Assembly (NCBI GenBank): GCA_015231405.1 | Contig: JADGBR010000009.1 | Coordinates: 25,423 to 89,422, forward strand | DNA length: 64,000 bases | Source: Candidatus Omnitrophota bacterium | GTDB lineage: Bacteria > Omnitrophota > Gorgyraeia > Tantalellales > Tantalellaceae | Reading direction: 5' to 3' | In this document: positions 21,601-26,150 of the stretch, piece by piece | Position numbering within the stretch: the first letter of the stretch is position 1 | How the letters are laid out: each line of letters opens with the position of its first letter | Notes under the pieces: model-generated | Databases searched by the model: none | The model's input: the letters and a program-made list of their open reading frames with translations, nothing else | What the model was told of the DNA's origin: nothing | Made by a program: the position numbers and the translations under genes

Positions 21601-23538
21601 GCCGAGCGCGAAAACACTTATGCCCCCGAGATAAGCTGCGAAAATCTCCGGAGTTACCCGGGCCATTGCACCTTCCTCGCTATAGGCACGTTCATAAGCG
21701 CGGGCCCACTCCGCCTTGGCCTCTTTTATATCCTTTCCTTCCAGCACCGCCGCGCCAAGCGCGCGGTATATCGCCCTATTAATTTTTGCGAATTCCCCGT
21801 CCCACTGGTCGAAGAACGCCGCTAGCGCCAGTTGATACTTTCCCGACTCAAGCACCTTCTCATAATCGCTTTTTTTCTTAGTCAATATCGCGATGTACGG
21901 CCTTTCCTTTCCGGGACCGTATTTGGGAACGACAACGAGATACGACAACCCGTTCTTTTTCATCAGCGACGTAAGCCCTTCCGAATGGAACCCGCCGCTT
22001 ACAAGCGCCGCTATCTTTTCACCTTTCGACCTCATTTCCTTCAAAGTGTTATTGAAGAGGACCTTGTTCCTCTTTTCGGCGTCGATGTAGAACTTCATCG
22101 CTGTCCCGAGAGCGCCGAATATTTCGGCGAGGTCATAACCCTGAACTATTCCCGCTCCAAGCTCCCGGCAATTCCTGTTTATATACTCCGCCCATTCTTC
22201 GGGCTTTAACCTTCCGAGTGAGGCGTTAATGCGCCTGAACTCGGGCTCGCTTATCTCCATCTCATACAGCTGCAAGAGGAGCCTCGCGAGCTCAAGCTTC
22301 TCGAACACCTCGCGTTCCCTGGCGCTCTTCATCAGCTTATCCCCGAGACCCGATTCAAGGCCGGCTATCTCGGAGTAAAGCCCCAGAAAATTAATCGATT
22401 CGTAAACGCCGATGTACTCGTTGAATTTCATCATATTCGCGTACCCGCAGAGCGAAATGCCCGACCTATTCGAGAGGTCGACGAGATAACCATGGAATTC
22501 GCTTTGCGCAATTTTTTTCTGTTTAAAAGCGACGGACTTAAGGACCAGCGTCTCGAGGTCCGTCCGCCCTATGGCCTTTGAAAGCGCATTGATAAGGGCC
22601 AGACGTTCGATATTCGCCTTTTCAAAATTTATTAGCTCTTCAAGCTCTACTGCCCTTATCAATTTTGATATCTGGACATACGGTGAAATGTCATATCCTG
22701 ACTTTTCGATGACGGGATATAACGCCTTCCAATACTCCTTGAAGCCCATATCTCCTTTTCTGTGAAGGAAGGCGGCATTATCGACCGTACTCATGTCAGC
22801 CGATAATATCCTTTCCCCGATCCCGGATATCTGCTCAACCAGTTTTTCCAGCTGAAAGCTCAATTTTGCCCTTTCCTCGACGACAGCACGGAAACTTTCC
22901 ACATTCTCCATATACAGCTCATTATCTTCGATGCCGTATAGAGCGATCTTCTTATCGCTGATTATCTGATAGAACTCGCAAGCGCTCATTAACCCTTCAT
23001 TCATGAGATGAGCGGCGGTCTCCTCTTTGATCTTCTCGTCCGGGAAAGTTCTCAGTATAGATGTATCGATATATCCCGTTGATCCCTCGATGGCGACCAG
23101 TGAAAGGTCATAATCCGTAACCAGCTTATCGACGAGAGCCGCTATTGAATACTGGGCCTCTATAGATGAATGAGCGTCCTGAATATTGACTATCGTCTCG
23201 CCGCCAGCATTAAGCGCCCTTTCCTTTATACTAGAGAGATCGTCAGGCAGGGATATGTCATATTTTTCGCGCCTGTCGATCTCTCCCGTCACTTTCGACC
23301 CTGATACTACCCACACGGGTTTACCATTCTCTGTCCAGCCGATCTCATTTTCAACGAATATTACCGATAAAATAATGGATACGATCTTAATAAATTTTTG
23401 ATTCCGGGCTTTCCATGTGCTGATAAGTATATTGTCGTTCTCCTCATCTCTACCTTCGATAGGTTTATCATGGAAGGGAATATTGATCTTTGAAAAAAAG
23501 ATCTTCAGAAGCCCTTTCTTTTCACAAATTGTTTTCAT
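1..23538 (-). CDS. Giant multidomain membrane protein G1 (at least 7846 aa, 3' end outside window): QDAH domain, SecA-like ATPase, TM block, GH5-like, CBM-like, GT2, shared C-terminal domain
   Basis: ATG at 23538 (MKTICEKKG...) preceded by AAAAGGAAG, with an in-frame TGA further upstream. Manual translation at many points (23500, 21100, 19750, 18900, 11300, 8300, 700, 60) stays in one frame. The track lists no terminated long minus-strand ORF here, consistent with a frame open to position 1. Confidence 0.9.
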   Translation of the reverse strand, partial: MKTICEKKGLLKIFFSKINIPFHDKPIEGRDEENDNILISTWKARNQKFIKIVSIILSVIFVENEIGWTENGKPVWVVSGSKVTGEIDRREKYDISLPDDLSSIKERALNAGGETIVNIQDAHSSIEAQYSIAALVDKLVTDYDLSLVAIEGSTGYIDTSILRTFPDEKIKEETAAHLMNEGLMSACEFYQIISDKKIALYGIEDNELYMENVESFRAVVEERAKLSFQLEKLVEQISGIGERILSADMSTVDNAAFLHRKGDMGFKEYWKALYPVIEKSGYDISPYVQISKLIRAVELEELINFEKANIERLALINALSKAIGRTDLETLVLKSVAFKQKKIAQSEFHGYLVDLSNRSGISLCGYANMMKFNEYIGVYESINFLGLYSEIAGLESGLGDKLMKSAREREVFEKLELARLLLQLYEMEISEPEFRRINASLGRLKPEEWAEYINRNCRELGAGIVQGYDLAEIFGALGTAMKFYIDAEKRNKVLFNNTLKEMRSKGEKIAALVSGGFHSEGLTSLMKKNGLSYLVVVPKYGPGKERPYIAILTKKKSDYEKVLESGKYQLALAAFFDQWDGEFAKINRAIYRALGAAVLEGKDIKEAKAEWARAYERAYSEEGAMARVTPEIFAAYLGGISVFALGRTATISNDDKGSPDEIALDKEGNEYIFRTMATKEKERHGQLKARAAGQGNAVAMAKGAGTSVFSGRFDDRGRISLSGTGLDAKMIAVVGDMMGLLSAEEKMFLAGKALEIKYGTVKQKVMSIDSVRGVVEIDARFLEKAIYVAENITRFKRKDVYMCVAPAVAWALRHEIGHLVLASGMADPRVEETAVSTKDVYNFLLMRKIHQDALLSLMRTRHGNVVDIANFDGVLRKALGLFLKAVEDAGEKLGTTVTREELASGTVFSRSIQSSLKWYVTKTDEAYIIRKHPKLLVTGNVTEDITVMVRKLWVAEALTKQDVFRALGIKETAAIKKIISSDFDLEFLKEQINMLSDAGVDIYKGRGRSLMSFGRNWKPRFERMLLAARTIQGINDHMERTYGAELGADHPKVEEPGVTELKAWMAKDPDSIREELAALRQRKIDRAGEIIAEKAKAVVYPEIGSPAPVTADIPDASLIESGTVAAISPEPNTSDGAVPAAIEEPVMAETFEIAVPEEEPAQDLTKAPAPRKNWIVARLILVATLLSAFINPLLGRSPIIPLNADITKTELLSREKDLRIMLEREIDMFQATGGTPDIGKLAIQADAARNMAEGKMYQIPMGFGKTLALRLCAYMLAVKKGYSAMDKGVLVVTSSDDLAARDAESAAKMLEPFGLVCGYAAGRNKEGRDIGYLYDPLTGKMGKDPVPATELYRKANIIYGKIDKFVHRRQSEELAVEKGEIAFSARKWFALFDEADSALIYQIMTPFVISGGDKKEAEKIRKSFIVARQMAQFIIKRAKTVPGLVDLSKAASQTVTLTGDGEECLRNVLRANPGEVGETDLDHNDLLGWKYLVEQALTAAVCYKRGRDYMVKNGEVVLIDATEGKEMEGRRWSFGLHAAIEAKENVEVNLEHATRNVSMLQSFLQNRDIIADFAGASGTMDKEFMMRVHNKEVVEPVIPDRYMSLGEDTIMLFRNEKEKEKAMLRDIAEKVNSNAPILIKAMDGEIEVIIKGIEKALGAAIAKERINIFASGSDADIKRIEDTGGNDGMITIVSNRGSRGMDIALRGVISAREGISAYSTYIDEVMATDLQFRRRVARRPGEMGRWTAYWSLGDPIFAKYKEDSGVKTARASLGKLFNGQPESGFIASKVGIRPGQVESLIGSIRRAIMDSRIRGFGEEARFEAEVEARKAAFLDIRAAVVEGRFNDQKLKSLIKDLDLIAAKVAKNNMADFRKGLLQIMDNAFSSYYFDKVSEVKHRLSLEVRNARWRAVAARSQEKVFGEFSSASEKAFKYAVAYMNADLSREILIGAGVRGEDLSISDMLKRELEPKTAAERGKRVLKVLPGLVFGGVIIALSWQVMNLAMKLTSVMSFVSDGSGIGETAMSGHVKFLITDIYTVMPACLWVVAAVGLIFLAFSIYRSHVAKFGEIYKGKENIELVLKGSLDAKDWLGAVKAVPAMALIMVSSFAPVGSVLAMISAVALPRAVPVLLPLIALMAGAGVISSIILAVAKARMISRREVITPKLVKTDDMKRFFSALTTGMTVISGIALLFMFTNVPGLMIGAGAITLIGIGIRELERSQYDRVLEDSSAARLKRAEGLLASGVAVALLYGTAIYTGQFIGAVSLVMLLGSIVTFTLALLYLVGLPYVSARFSEIEHKTFGGSKLLGVGKRMVWSGAVDVRMLVLGALGLAAILGTVTGVAKTMALGTSIAVLAGSVGAFILTVAGIVMAIISYRKGLVRRLASGEELTGFSGKIAGVIADSRKMTQLVMQAGIIMAIPSIASGSMVEQASSRYVSHVYEEGAVAQVRDNFRRIWEGKEVTVADILAVPVVTPVSTEADPLAPLDGTREAATELADSVEEDVFDEMLAMADLGEAAPEPEGAGGAGPPDEGVKEAVPDTEEMKALRADARNKHVRAHADFKMTDLGVYETMDKDGLERSITEHETDIARHSFVRGGLAAFPDTTKEKLEEKAAGFDKKELEEGITYYFSVERVKRSITGSLKKTDPKGHEALGEKIFRELRDLKSLRDKERELAKNVERAEAARVEYRDKQERLYGKEFGAVYDVSLNMSLDELLEEIRIMNGIQAKRDEAAALVEKIHKIPVEQYMKYLAENARTRTPVEETSFLDELIGKLRTNVQWKTFLAKKFVELAPDANDLYGDKSREDLEKIADEMTYDRLREAVNGLETLIKGRAETKALEESLPQKQFEAEMRPLVRRWVEARAALIPGCTDEARLALETEAGKFTDKDKLKVAVTVAENAVRQRLDLEKKAVVSGNKLGAEGVGGIIGRGRKIEDWVKHEDDEAIREFIRTSDKALLDAEAIIREKRLSFASSQEGIRRAYVAAMKKERELAGRPYSASEIAALEDAVGKTPIDTIKIRLEGTLSSLALKDKVQATQAAKVKAEDKLGVDDTKGLVADAARLISGLKKFYPKEQTDTWTEWIRGLKGKRDEMEKAVKMLSDELAKKELEAVQKKAEELIAHLEKTLPAGVDRDIVEARRNALGANKLNIPWLKAVITELNAKKINQEERAKEAIGKIEAAMAAMNEFLDAATKKAFRLEELEKMLQVKDNRMNEKWLAAVTEYLRGKIASLPADRKEQLTALQVKKARELGVMAAGGKIVPKLPNVPVNAEDVDYLIAAMQVFNKDAASKLSRERWNRFLSDYIKMNPSRGFNTRKMAEMATTIAAEIVPPHHYLGTFASGLLSSAENAELSAIDKDFGNKLGELLYLQSRNEYYRVKGLKPGVMTSRDWEEVKKFSAYFGGLKERKEAEKLKADIEELKVRIKKAVDEKNEKLAGELQKRLEMLASARKTLLFRVNIAMDRKWQTTDEREMREWEKKCENDLLKVRNREDYMRWQKEMEAAMPRSLSRKFIDALVAMEGIGELTPTMKGLLRREHIGAHYVRTIDGFVEEGWYNIGMRLFRQYSPNAVKWDASFGTEHLEDINNFRPPVTAAPLNLDGTQPFSAAFKDSGMYTKQKRVAYEDDLYTLMGLKAFMTSNQIDIKLLELFRKHMLEAAKLAEDKFGLPYDEYLRYMPDGEGMRAVEAEGVGSDQEFWDAKHKREEMLLRRRMYEKMLYKAIFLVRDVYKREETMGKAILNNNATEDQKREFDAKVAKGIAKLGEIADAMRDHDGFLPRYYENGKNPIDYAIEYLSQHIIPDHVNKKEHKYDMNWVDETETTSFDYEGDKDEREIILGSGSPAEIHTLFTRFHTIESNRLHEFFKHKDAETGSVVTDLEKIPVTLPDGTTVYEYKKFEYSKTSRFKGKPMKISTGIVYKGKFIVVETVDLEYDPSVPGKVTKKPWKDDFRDRCHEVSPARNTWIEDLWNKSAGLDMRAFPGRRGVSENVPEEMLSEARRSSIRREFDNGVNLGMGLIGLFMPQMSVAMLQAPAASGAALPEVGVNYNGPAGYGQNFGTTLWYKNGNGISRHTVEVRRDLAAMKESGMTFVRMNLVADGRALLDENGKLKVPYGLNIRFKEDMKALLDIADSLGMRIEFCVLDHQSAFPGKNDKGVRIFGRDALLKDEATLDAFVSDFLEPFLREFGGHKALKGFDLFNEIEQTKLPVNLFERYAGKVAATIRELAPGKLITMSVNTEKEGTSEYIDLIAALFKRTGTVNGEEVRMLDYAAIHHYADRFGREARAALLATIKTFKDEGVPVRIEELSTAAGSDPTGIDEYLSLASDNGIEGIAVWNWNTGLDDRTWRNEDEREAWLGSLRAVLRQATGGRAPAPALKPAPGAVRVPGTPVIGVPPAGGAAGIPAVRRGAAAKEIRRITLVDYEEDVVTGLVHNRKVEITYADGTKEAKKIEVTYINGPSGIPVKRCERMSGDKVWYVYDIVVKEHDNLLMVDEKFTKLSAERYNMKMNSVNRVLPDGLGVLVAEYRQAEASPYIYRHEFIDKKTDREHKPEARPIYKMYQPDVLVPGRTIAEVYYDPTKDWKECIGINEETMYLFAKSPDGKLFLVVHGARSPYVLGPDASIREGEAFVYLDKDDESSLIRKCAGVKIKPDGTVESVEKTIYLYGWDASGYYKEMTANSPEVIQGKNAAGDVFLSSSFGGPVIAQLKGVELDGKGGVKDVDRKVIYQFAAKKMAKDGLEVIHYYKKYGTGSPEVEANKVKAGEVFVYILVDGKPITIKKLASAELEEGEVKDEGDVLVNYGYNADLTLQFIEDKETGSYYLAFYDMNAGKTGLVIRELSLFETDGVTSMVKGTPDKDAVIKWIGYDDIRDPKIQYTMEAGKTTFAALFFPEKEGDEKTLTIGEFSGLTYALDGSVSGTAKELRKFGYDNTADPSKAYVIVSDELSPDKGKIFRIDVLGRKMEPEAEREVTGVVFKGNGEVDASGEKAVRYFKPHTVAGKKYRFVIPADAPHDRESEFFGSSVNEPGVKMKVRAVLKGTDIEGITPLKKFRDVMTPVPGGDKKILGGIFGITYSPEGLSQGEERWLETFAYDDPNDPKTAYMRIDDDNSPDKGKIFRIRVARGKMEADPECEVEGVDFNGLAADTSREIVVKYFCVIEHDGKKFSISVPGDCVPGRSGYFYGVSLISPDIRIKIKGSTRDTERDGRKVTEIDRYEVVEIYKIISSEVSEGVKRTEIQYLVRAPLALLGLVQYAEGHSYAAVLNYLIEQLKNNWDVDYLKGWVSEEINMMGREEPDGAFRAMYEGESEDYVMKQWRKVKLSAPFIVTAKMIAIGNILDEAVKEGKISREIADDKYYQINSELASLVAWRGIKTPIPYFDSAVYTDRTELKGFSEAGPGNMDNMEQVPGWDPQANRGVLRYHVRIGGSEKTRCASLYMPLSELLAGAENTHDELKVDPDGTLDLRNWEFVYQLRFDGKEGDVDFLGENRIISNGLEASCANKGWYGDQARHEGNWVNIKTGESELSTGFTINITEGNRENNRENWITVRVRPGFQKKVDPRKISELGIRISIGRGSSSTFDGDVFIKGMALQRIAEGVERTVLVDSAERWVDMVVGGRRIRLGEVPDGVTALVPGDNKKTMFEVMPEEAAGSMIQAFLNGMDPDNDLGRHDNKDLLAAVHEMMMAKGVVDPSESPEIRKALETVFFVREMIASLAGLDQKDVKVDRVIYKLLAWGDQTANSRYGDLKGEVRAIAGNDRIKSAVKVLMKKYDLDGKTEESVDRIYSILYELAVSVEKGDTVYAKKVKSLRRDQAIDQAVTMVNLHSPGALTYISDEVNSRKVFMMNMTIYGLAAALLIFSVGLIKRKITEWRWSKDHPYSDPVPPVVPPARAPAPAPAPVPGAAGIDLEARKKGVGEVVKIIDKYVGRRSKKATDMGNMAKPIWLLWETGKSTRPGTAFCVMVTGLAALGLWAMGLAGILNFPNNNLWLTGIIIMGISLIWPAKIERKTITVNKKEWKSLERRWFPMFFWLRDEVLRSVSRKRLIYARAQSEAMQMVLDNLDEAEKTLKKLIAPDAADDAVTSRMRQLVADSIVGIPMRVPLPDVNSLTTDLSAYQAIFDTITISRIEAQALKGDAEHVIDSGGETDFRWRVWVVDEMRYKRILVQDMYPEKNGGGWRKLSFNQDDNNVNAGTSGGFVLSGFGDDAIVPGSGVYAGGLETDRMGRVMTWPSGTKRESKELFAHTVPYELWETAVLLENIKGFVDPLDAKRNRAHVAARESVEHGRLGSLSALETVLKRHGRTVLVAVGILVAISHALYWFVIPLLPEVLTLGPLSIGIDKSATWLNMGFKMFLVTGGTAFMISTMFLKPWLKSNGFFWKETRTFVTDSEYQVAESIAGVEAQTPEEAETGAEGRTIRNYHYVYLNGIDQVKLVMSLFNLLDTPPQFFNNPTWADKNSSLGPAVLASVIRRLRGTRTSPTPLREETLRLLAGTGILNGADGMPDYSGFVADPGVVDNRAILRAIHDELGHNGVVDLARKLATDIDVMRPTMPGPTAASCAARSIDHAVTKGHYPPDRFNVSLATIIPLTLGAMNIVPSGEQAARAIGMDPMRVRTHPEPVPIPNQPGQQNQPLSKPSGTNMAYTDMLVDFQEGLKAMPEIWEILDEDNEPQLFHYWTVSAGYERVKNLVGCLTREIMERNDDGTYTARPENILPENLIRRNRTLYNEAIRWNIDLYAGVRISEEYDRYVEMAFLAEDGDPVGDMMKKIFKPGAGVYPTREEYIIEEMREREGPSVMQGMPVQLPYGLNKSFHLDYNGWGPVKFGLVAPRSPIALVATLVGMVLGIAGSVETIMAFSPSVIVMATTILMPVIGYYGAFILSSSLVRMGRERGWGAIMRLSKTHTVFHLDGLSNWFESRSMTGYEHDGTRTARGKVEDILEEARINVHEDLDGETKGRMLEIMAELNILKPLGMHPRDDTTEDKALGMRVSQRGKRVYYYTDMGASVLEQAGPMGFAWHGQRSRWIMIVSSSAILGASLSICIPLFTFGLAGIAGGLLGLRNGIVLGLIGTSIGAVLGALLSYRLSRSFTLFLARRGFIEQPEKVEDRIKQIGWGNFFINIMLDSGFTSTIFTALSFAVTFFYFLAFVGAEILQRAALWAGKPLSSMLARDPSGLSGMVHVFSESMKTWLPWDIWFIAAASVGVSIMMTFYFYQVYHNVTALFKNKLGGREKITRGIRDFYGDRIDEFEADLLKVGSGATGNFQQDDVSNWVTKDLKYLEDAVNEINAIRADAAIIGPREKDRMSREVISRFREWLIHGDRDYDKQKNDGGRPVFFADLLSDYYGDPSRPLDGAVTRGRILIAEAIKVRIETLKAERDKFLYGYFRPGLLTFVIGFALALTAFFMIETSVFLPVMLSGILLMATVLVSNMLKVHLRIGLIPYYYVYHLSKSFYMPLYFVNLNAAARIMWFQIRWRLDNVWPYTEKVLPVGLDRLPQRIYARQELKPLNELRHFLAEKWDKAYLYMRHSGFRQLWTYGVAFFTILYLCFLMPLYYAEKYFGLSATKAGPVADAFTTLLFGQDAGLKQAASDNAAGLFANLASNHLPLVILCVALSLAVLVIIVGKRFAGERVVKPEEKDERRPEVPGSETPEVFFEKDMVIGVEGYDLLTTDAAEKLNMVPSVLFVPLPVPENERARLRNMESLLGCARSVNTFSIGILKAEDLDKNSGDHMEAVIALIQKLESMETQRFMKNNADRIRRISANTSRPVTALTPRKIREIKAGMSDLGDFLSRIDLPVMVPVIRDLSLYNMNISELTKDNMMTDENIGETALEYARTSHPGDIMVIRAGSLLEMKMA
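680..4700 (-). other. Processive GT2 glycosyltransferase (cellulose-synthase-like) with flanking TM helices, in G1
   Basis: Motifs KPSGTN, LDEDNEP (DxD), DDTTEDKALGMRV (TED) and QRSRW (QxxRW), followed by several hydrophobic helices. Confidence 0.8.
6750..7330 (-). other. Putative carbohydrate-binding jelly-roll (CBM-like) domain in G1
   Basis: Trp-rich beta-type sequence (GWYGD..EGNWVN, WITVRVRP, ELGIRISIG..FDGDVFI) conserved in G4. The family assignment is an impression only. Confidence 0.4.
10500..11420 (-). other. GH5-like (clan GH-A) glycoside hydrolase TIM barrel in G1
   Basis: GVNYNGPAGYGQNFG, DLAAMKESGMTFVRMNLVADGR, GFDLFNEIE (acid/base NE), AIHHY, PVRIEE (nucleophile position) and GIAVWNW occur in the order expected for GH5. 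Confidence 0.75.
16400..17600 (-). other. Multi-pass transmembrane block in G1
   Basis: Series of Gly/Ala/Leu/Ile-rich hydrophobic stretches directly after the SecA-like domain. Confidence 0.65.
17720..19880 (-). other. SecA-like DEAD-motor ATPase domain embedded in G1
   Basis: QIPMGFGKTL (Walker A), VVTSSDDLAARDA, FDEADSALI..TPFVISG, GRRWSFGLHAAIEAKENV, TIVSNRGSRGMDI and DLQFRRRVARRPGEMG correspond in order to SecA motifs. Confidence 0.85.
21650..23230 (-). other. Conserved N-terminal QDAH/EG/GGxH domain of G1
   Basis: VNIQDAHSS..AIEGSTG..LYGIED..LVSGGFHS, closely matching the N-termini of G2 and G3. Confidence 0.85.
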
Positions 23539-23638
23539 ATGACACTTCCTTTTTATTACCTTTATTCATTAAATGTTTTAATAAGTTTTTAATTATTTTT
23601 AGCCTTAATTTTTCCTTATTATTGGAATTTATAAGGTC

Positions 23639-23668
23639 ATTATACTCCTTAGGCGATAAAAAAGTCAA
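23639..23668 (-). promoter_or_regulatory. Sigma70-type promoter for G1
   Basis: Minus strand TTGACT (23668-23663), 18-nt spacer, TATAAT (23644-23639), in an AT-rich tract about 100 bp upstream of the ATG. Confidence 0.65.
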
Positions 23669-23747
23669 AATAAATATTTCAACTTTTTTATTTTTTACTT
23701 CAACACGCCGATTATTAAAATACCTCAGTTCTTTTCTGAGTAGCGTC

Positions 23748-23772
23748 AAGAGACTAAGCCTGTCATTTTTCC
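23748..23772 (+). repeat. Left terminal inverted repeat of the IS
   Basis: AAGAGACTAAGCCTGTCATTTTTCC is the exact reverse complement of 25663-25687. Confidence 0.85.
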
Positions 23773-23795
23773 CTGTGCTGCACGTCTGCACCGAG

Positions 23796-24000
23796 CGGGG
23801 TACGGACATCCTCTCCAAGCCTTCCCCCGGGAATTTCTTAACGCATTTCACATGCCGTTTTTAGACCTTGCAAATTCACCCTCCTCCGTCTTCGGCTTCG
23901 GAGGGCGAGCTGCAAGCAAGGAGGTTGTCATAAAAACGGCATGCGAAATGCTAAAATTCCCGAAGGGGCCCCTTTGCTCTCCGAGGCTGTCCGCACCCCG
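23796..24000. repeat. ~205-bp nested-hairpin element, copy 1 (inside the IS)
   Basis: Outer stem CGGGGTACGGACA/TGTCCGCACCCCG and inner stem CATTTCACATGCCGTTTTT/AAAAACGGCATGCGAAATG. It is an inverted homolog of 25836-26051. Confidence 0.8.
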
Positions 24001-24065
24001 TTTGATGCGTTTGAGAAGTTCGGTAAGGATCGCGTTAAGACCCTCTGGGATCCGCTATGTTCGTT

Positions 24066-25427
24066 TTACGAAGAGTCTACTATCCCCGCAAATGGATTAT
24101 CATTGCAAAGTAATATCGTTTTCAGCGTATCAAGTACATCCATCCCGTTCAGTTTGGCCGTCTGGATCACGCTCATAAGAACGCTATGGTATCTAGCTCC
24201 CTGTTCCGATCTGTTGCCGTATGTTATCTTTCTCCGGATAACTCCCGGCCTTATTTCCCGTTCCGCACGATTATTGTGAGATTCGATATCTTTCACGTAA
24301 AAAATGGTGAATATCTCGTTCTTGTGCCTCTCCAGCCTTTTAGCGATTCTATTTAATATTTTCTTATTCGGGTCAGGGAACCTGAAATCCTCAAGACTTT
24401 CTACGATCCGTTTTCGTCTCCTTATATACTCCTCATCCCATTCCTTATTTCGATGTTCGTCGTATAATTTAATACCATCCTTCAGTATCTTTACTAGCCG
24501 CCTGGCGTATCTTATAACCCCCTTATCCTCCCTGTCCCAGAATTCTAGTACCTTTGACAGGTCCCTTAATAAGTGTAATAAACACCGCTGCTTCTTCGCG
24601 GCTATCTTGTTATATGCCGATAAAAAGTCCGTTATCAATACCCCCGTCATAGTGGTCTCCAAGGATACTTTGAACGACCTTTTGCCCCCGGCTAAGGTCT
24701 ATGTGTATCACACTGACGAACCTGGTAACGAATTTCCATAACCACCCCGTCTTTCCGTTTATCTTCCAGCCCGTCTCATCACCGTTGTTAAACGGGCTTT
24801 TTCTTAATTCCGTCATCAGTAGGGAGTATATCCTTTCAGCCTTAGCAGCTGCTTGTCTCCTGAAATCCGTAATAGCCGAATGACATAGCTTAAGTCCAAA
24901 GATCTTATCAAATACTTTACGTATATCCCCGTCGGAGACTTTAACGTCATATTTCATGTATATGGCCAGAGCCTTGGCGATGGGTCCGATGCGACTGTTG
25001 TCCAGCTCGTCCTTACCCCGGCCGGTGACCGTATCCCGGCACACGGGACAATAGTATTTCTTCTTGTCAAACCTGGTCGTTATTATCCCGGGCATGATTA
25101 TGTCCTATGAGTGTGCTGGATGGTTCCCTGGCATTGTCGCAAGTCGCTTGAACCGCAGACCGGACATTCAGTTATCCGGACCTCTACGATCTTGTCTATT
25201 TTGTCTGGTGTTTGCCTGAACCAGCCGATGTGACCGAACAATCCGCCTATTTTAGACTTGGATCTTTTAGATGTTTTCTTCTTTGATTTGGATCTCGGTT
25301 TTTTCTTTCGGTTGAAGAAGTCCGATTTGAATTTATTAAGTTCGAATCGCAAGCAGACTATTTCACCGCGTAATTCCTTAACGGTCTTTTCATAGTCAGA
25401 GCAATCTTTACAACCGGTAATTTGCAT
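24066..25427 (-). pseudogene. tnpC: IS66 transposase TnpC split by two frameshifts
   Basis: Three consecutive ORFs (25098-25427, 24610-25095, 24066-24662) carry CPVCG/CPVC zinc-finger motifs, GDETGW, LITDF.SAY, QRCLLHLLR and NNRAEREIRPGVIRRK..GNRSEQGA. Frame changes lie near 25105 and at a G5 run near 24645. Confidence 0.85.
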
Positions 25428-25662
25428 AAAGTTTATTGACGATTTATGATATTGCGAGTTTTCATACTTGTTTTCGTGTGACGGGTAAGATTCGCGAGCG
25501 GACGGGGGCGGGCGAGCACTGCAGCAACTCGCCGCCGGAAGGATAACAATAATTTACACATCTCTGTGAATCAAACAACTGCAGTTTAAAAATAACAGGC
25601 GAATTGTGAAGCGCTCGAGAACGCATGCGGTCGATCGCGAATCTCGGTTGTCGGACGGTTAA

Positions 25663-25687
25663 GGAAAAATGACAGGCTTAGTCTCTT
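25663..25687 (-). repeat. Right terminal inverted repeat of the IS
   Basis: GGAAAAATGACAGGCTTAGTCTCTT. Confidence 0.85.
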
Positions 25688-25835
25688 AGCTAACGTCTGA
25701 AAATGTCTGAGGTGTTACTTATTCTTTGGATCTGTCTGCCAACTGTTGGTCGCGTGGCATGCTTAGGTATGCCATCGTAATATTACACGTACAAATATTT
25801 TGTAATAACTACTATAAGCGTGAGGTTACCGGGAT

Positions 25836-26051
25836 CGGACGGGGTGTGGACGCACTCTTCAAGCAAAGGGGCCCCTTAGGGAATTTTAGTCTTCCACATG
25901 CCGTTTTTATGACAACCACATTACTTGCGACTGAGCCCTCCGAAGCCGAAGGCGGAGGATGGGTGAATTCGCAAGGTCCAAAAACGGCATGTGGAAGGCG
26001 TTGTTAAATTCCCGTGGGGAATGCTTGAAGAGTGCGTCCGCACCCCGTCCG
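25836..26051. repeat. ~215-bp nested-hairpin element, copy 2 (outside the IS, downstream of G2)
   Basis: 30-bp outer stem with 29/30 complementarity (25836-25865 with 26022-26051), 18-bp inner stem CTTCCACATGCCGTTTTT/AAAAACGGCATGTGGAAG, and a central GCCGAAGGC hairpin. Confidence 0.85.
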
Positions 26052-26150
26052 GCACCCCATTGACGAGAGGAAATTGTAAAATACTTGAGTCATTATTTCT
26101 GGGATTTTCCGCAACGTGTCTGGTACCAGCTAAACATTTACGGGAAAATA

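Larger units (their letters stand above)
23748..25687 (-). mobile_element. IS66-family insertion sequence (TnpC only, ISBst12-like organisation), degenerate
   Basis: Perfect 25-bp terminal inverted repeats enclose an IS66-type transposase. No tnpA/tnpB is seen and there is no clean target duplication. Confidence 0.75.

Noticed and set aside
23522-23851. 109-aa minus-strand ORF upstream of G1
   Set aside because: It spans the IS terminal repeat, hairpin element and AT-rich promoter, so it is most likely spurious.
23796-26051. The ~210-bp inverted pair as the IS ends or as a CRISPR array
   Set aside because: A separate perfect 25-bp TIR pair bounds the transposase and one hairpin copy lies outside it. 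There is no repeat-spacer periodicity and no cas gene.
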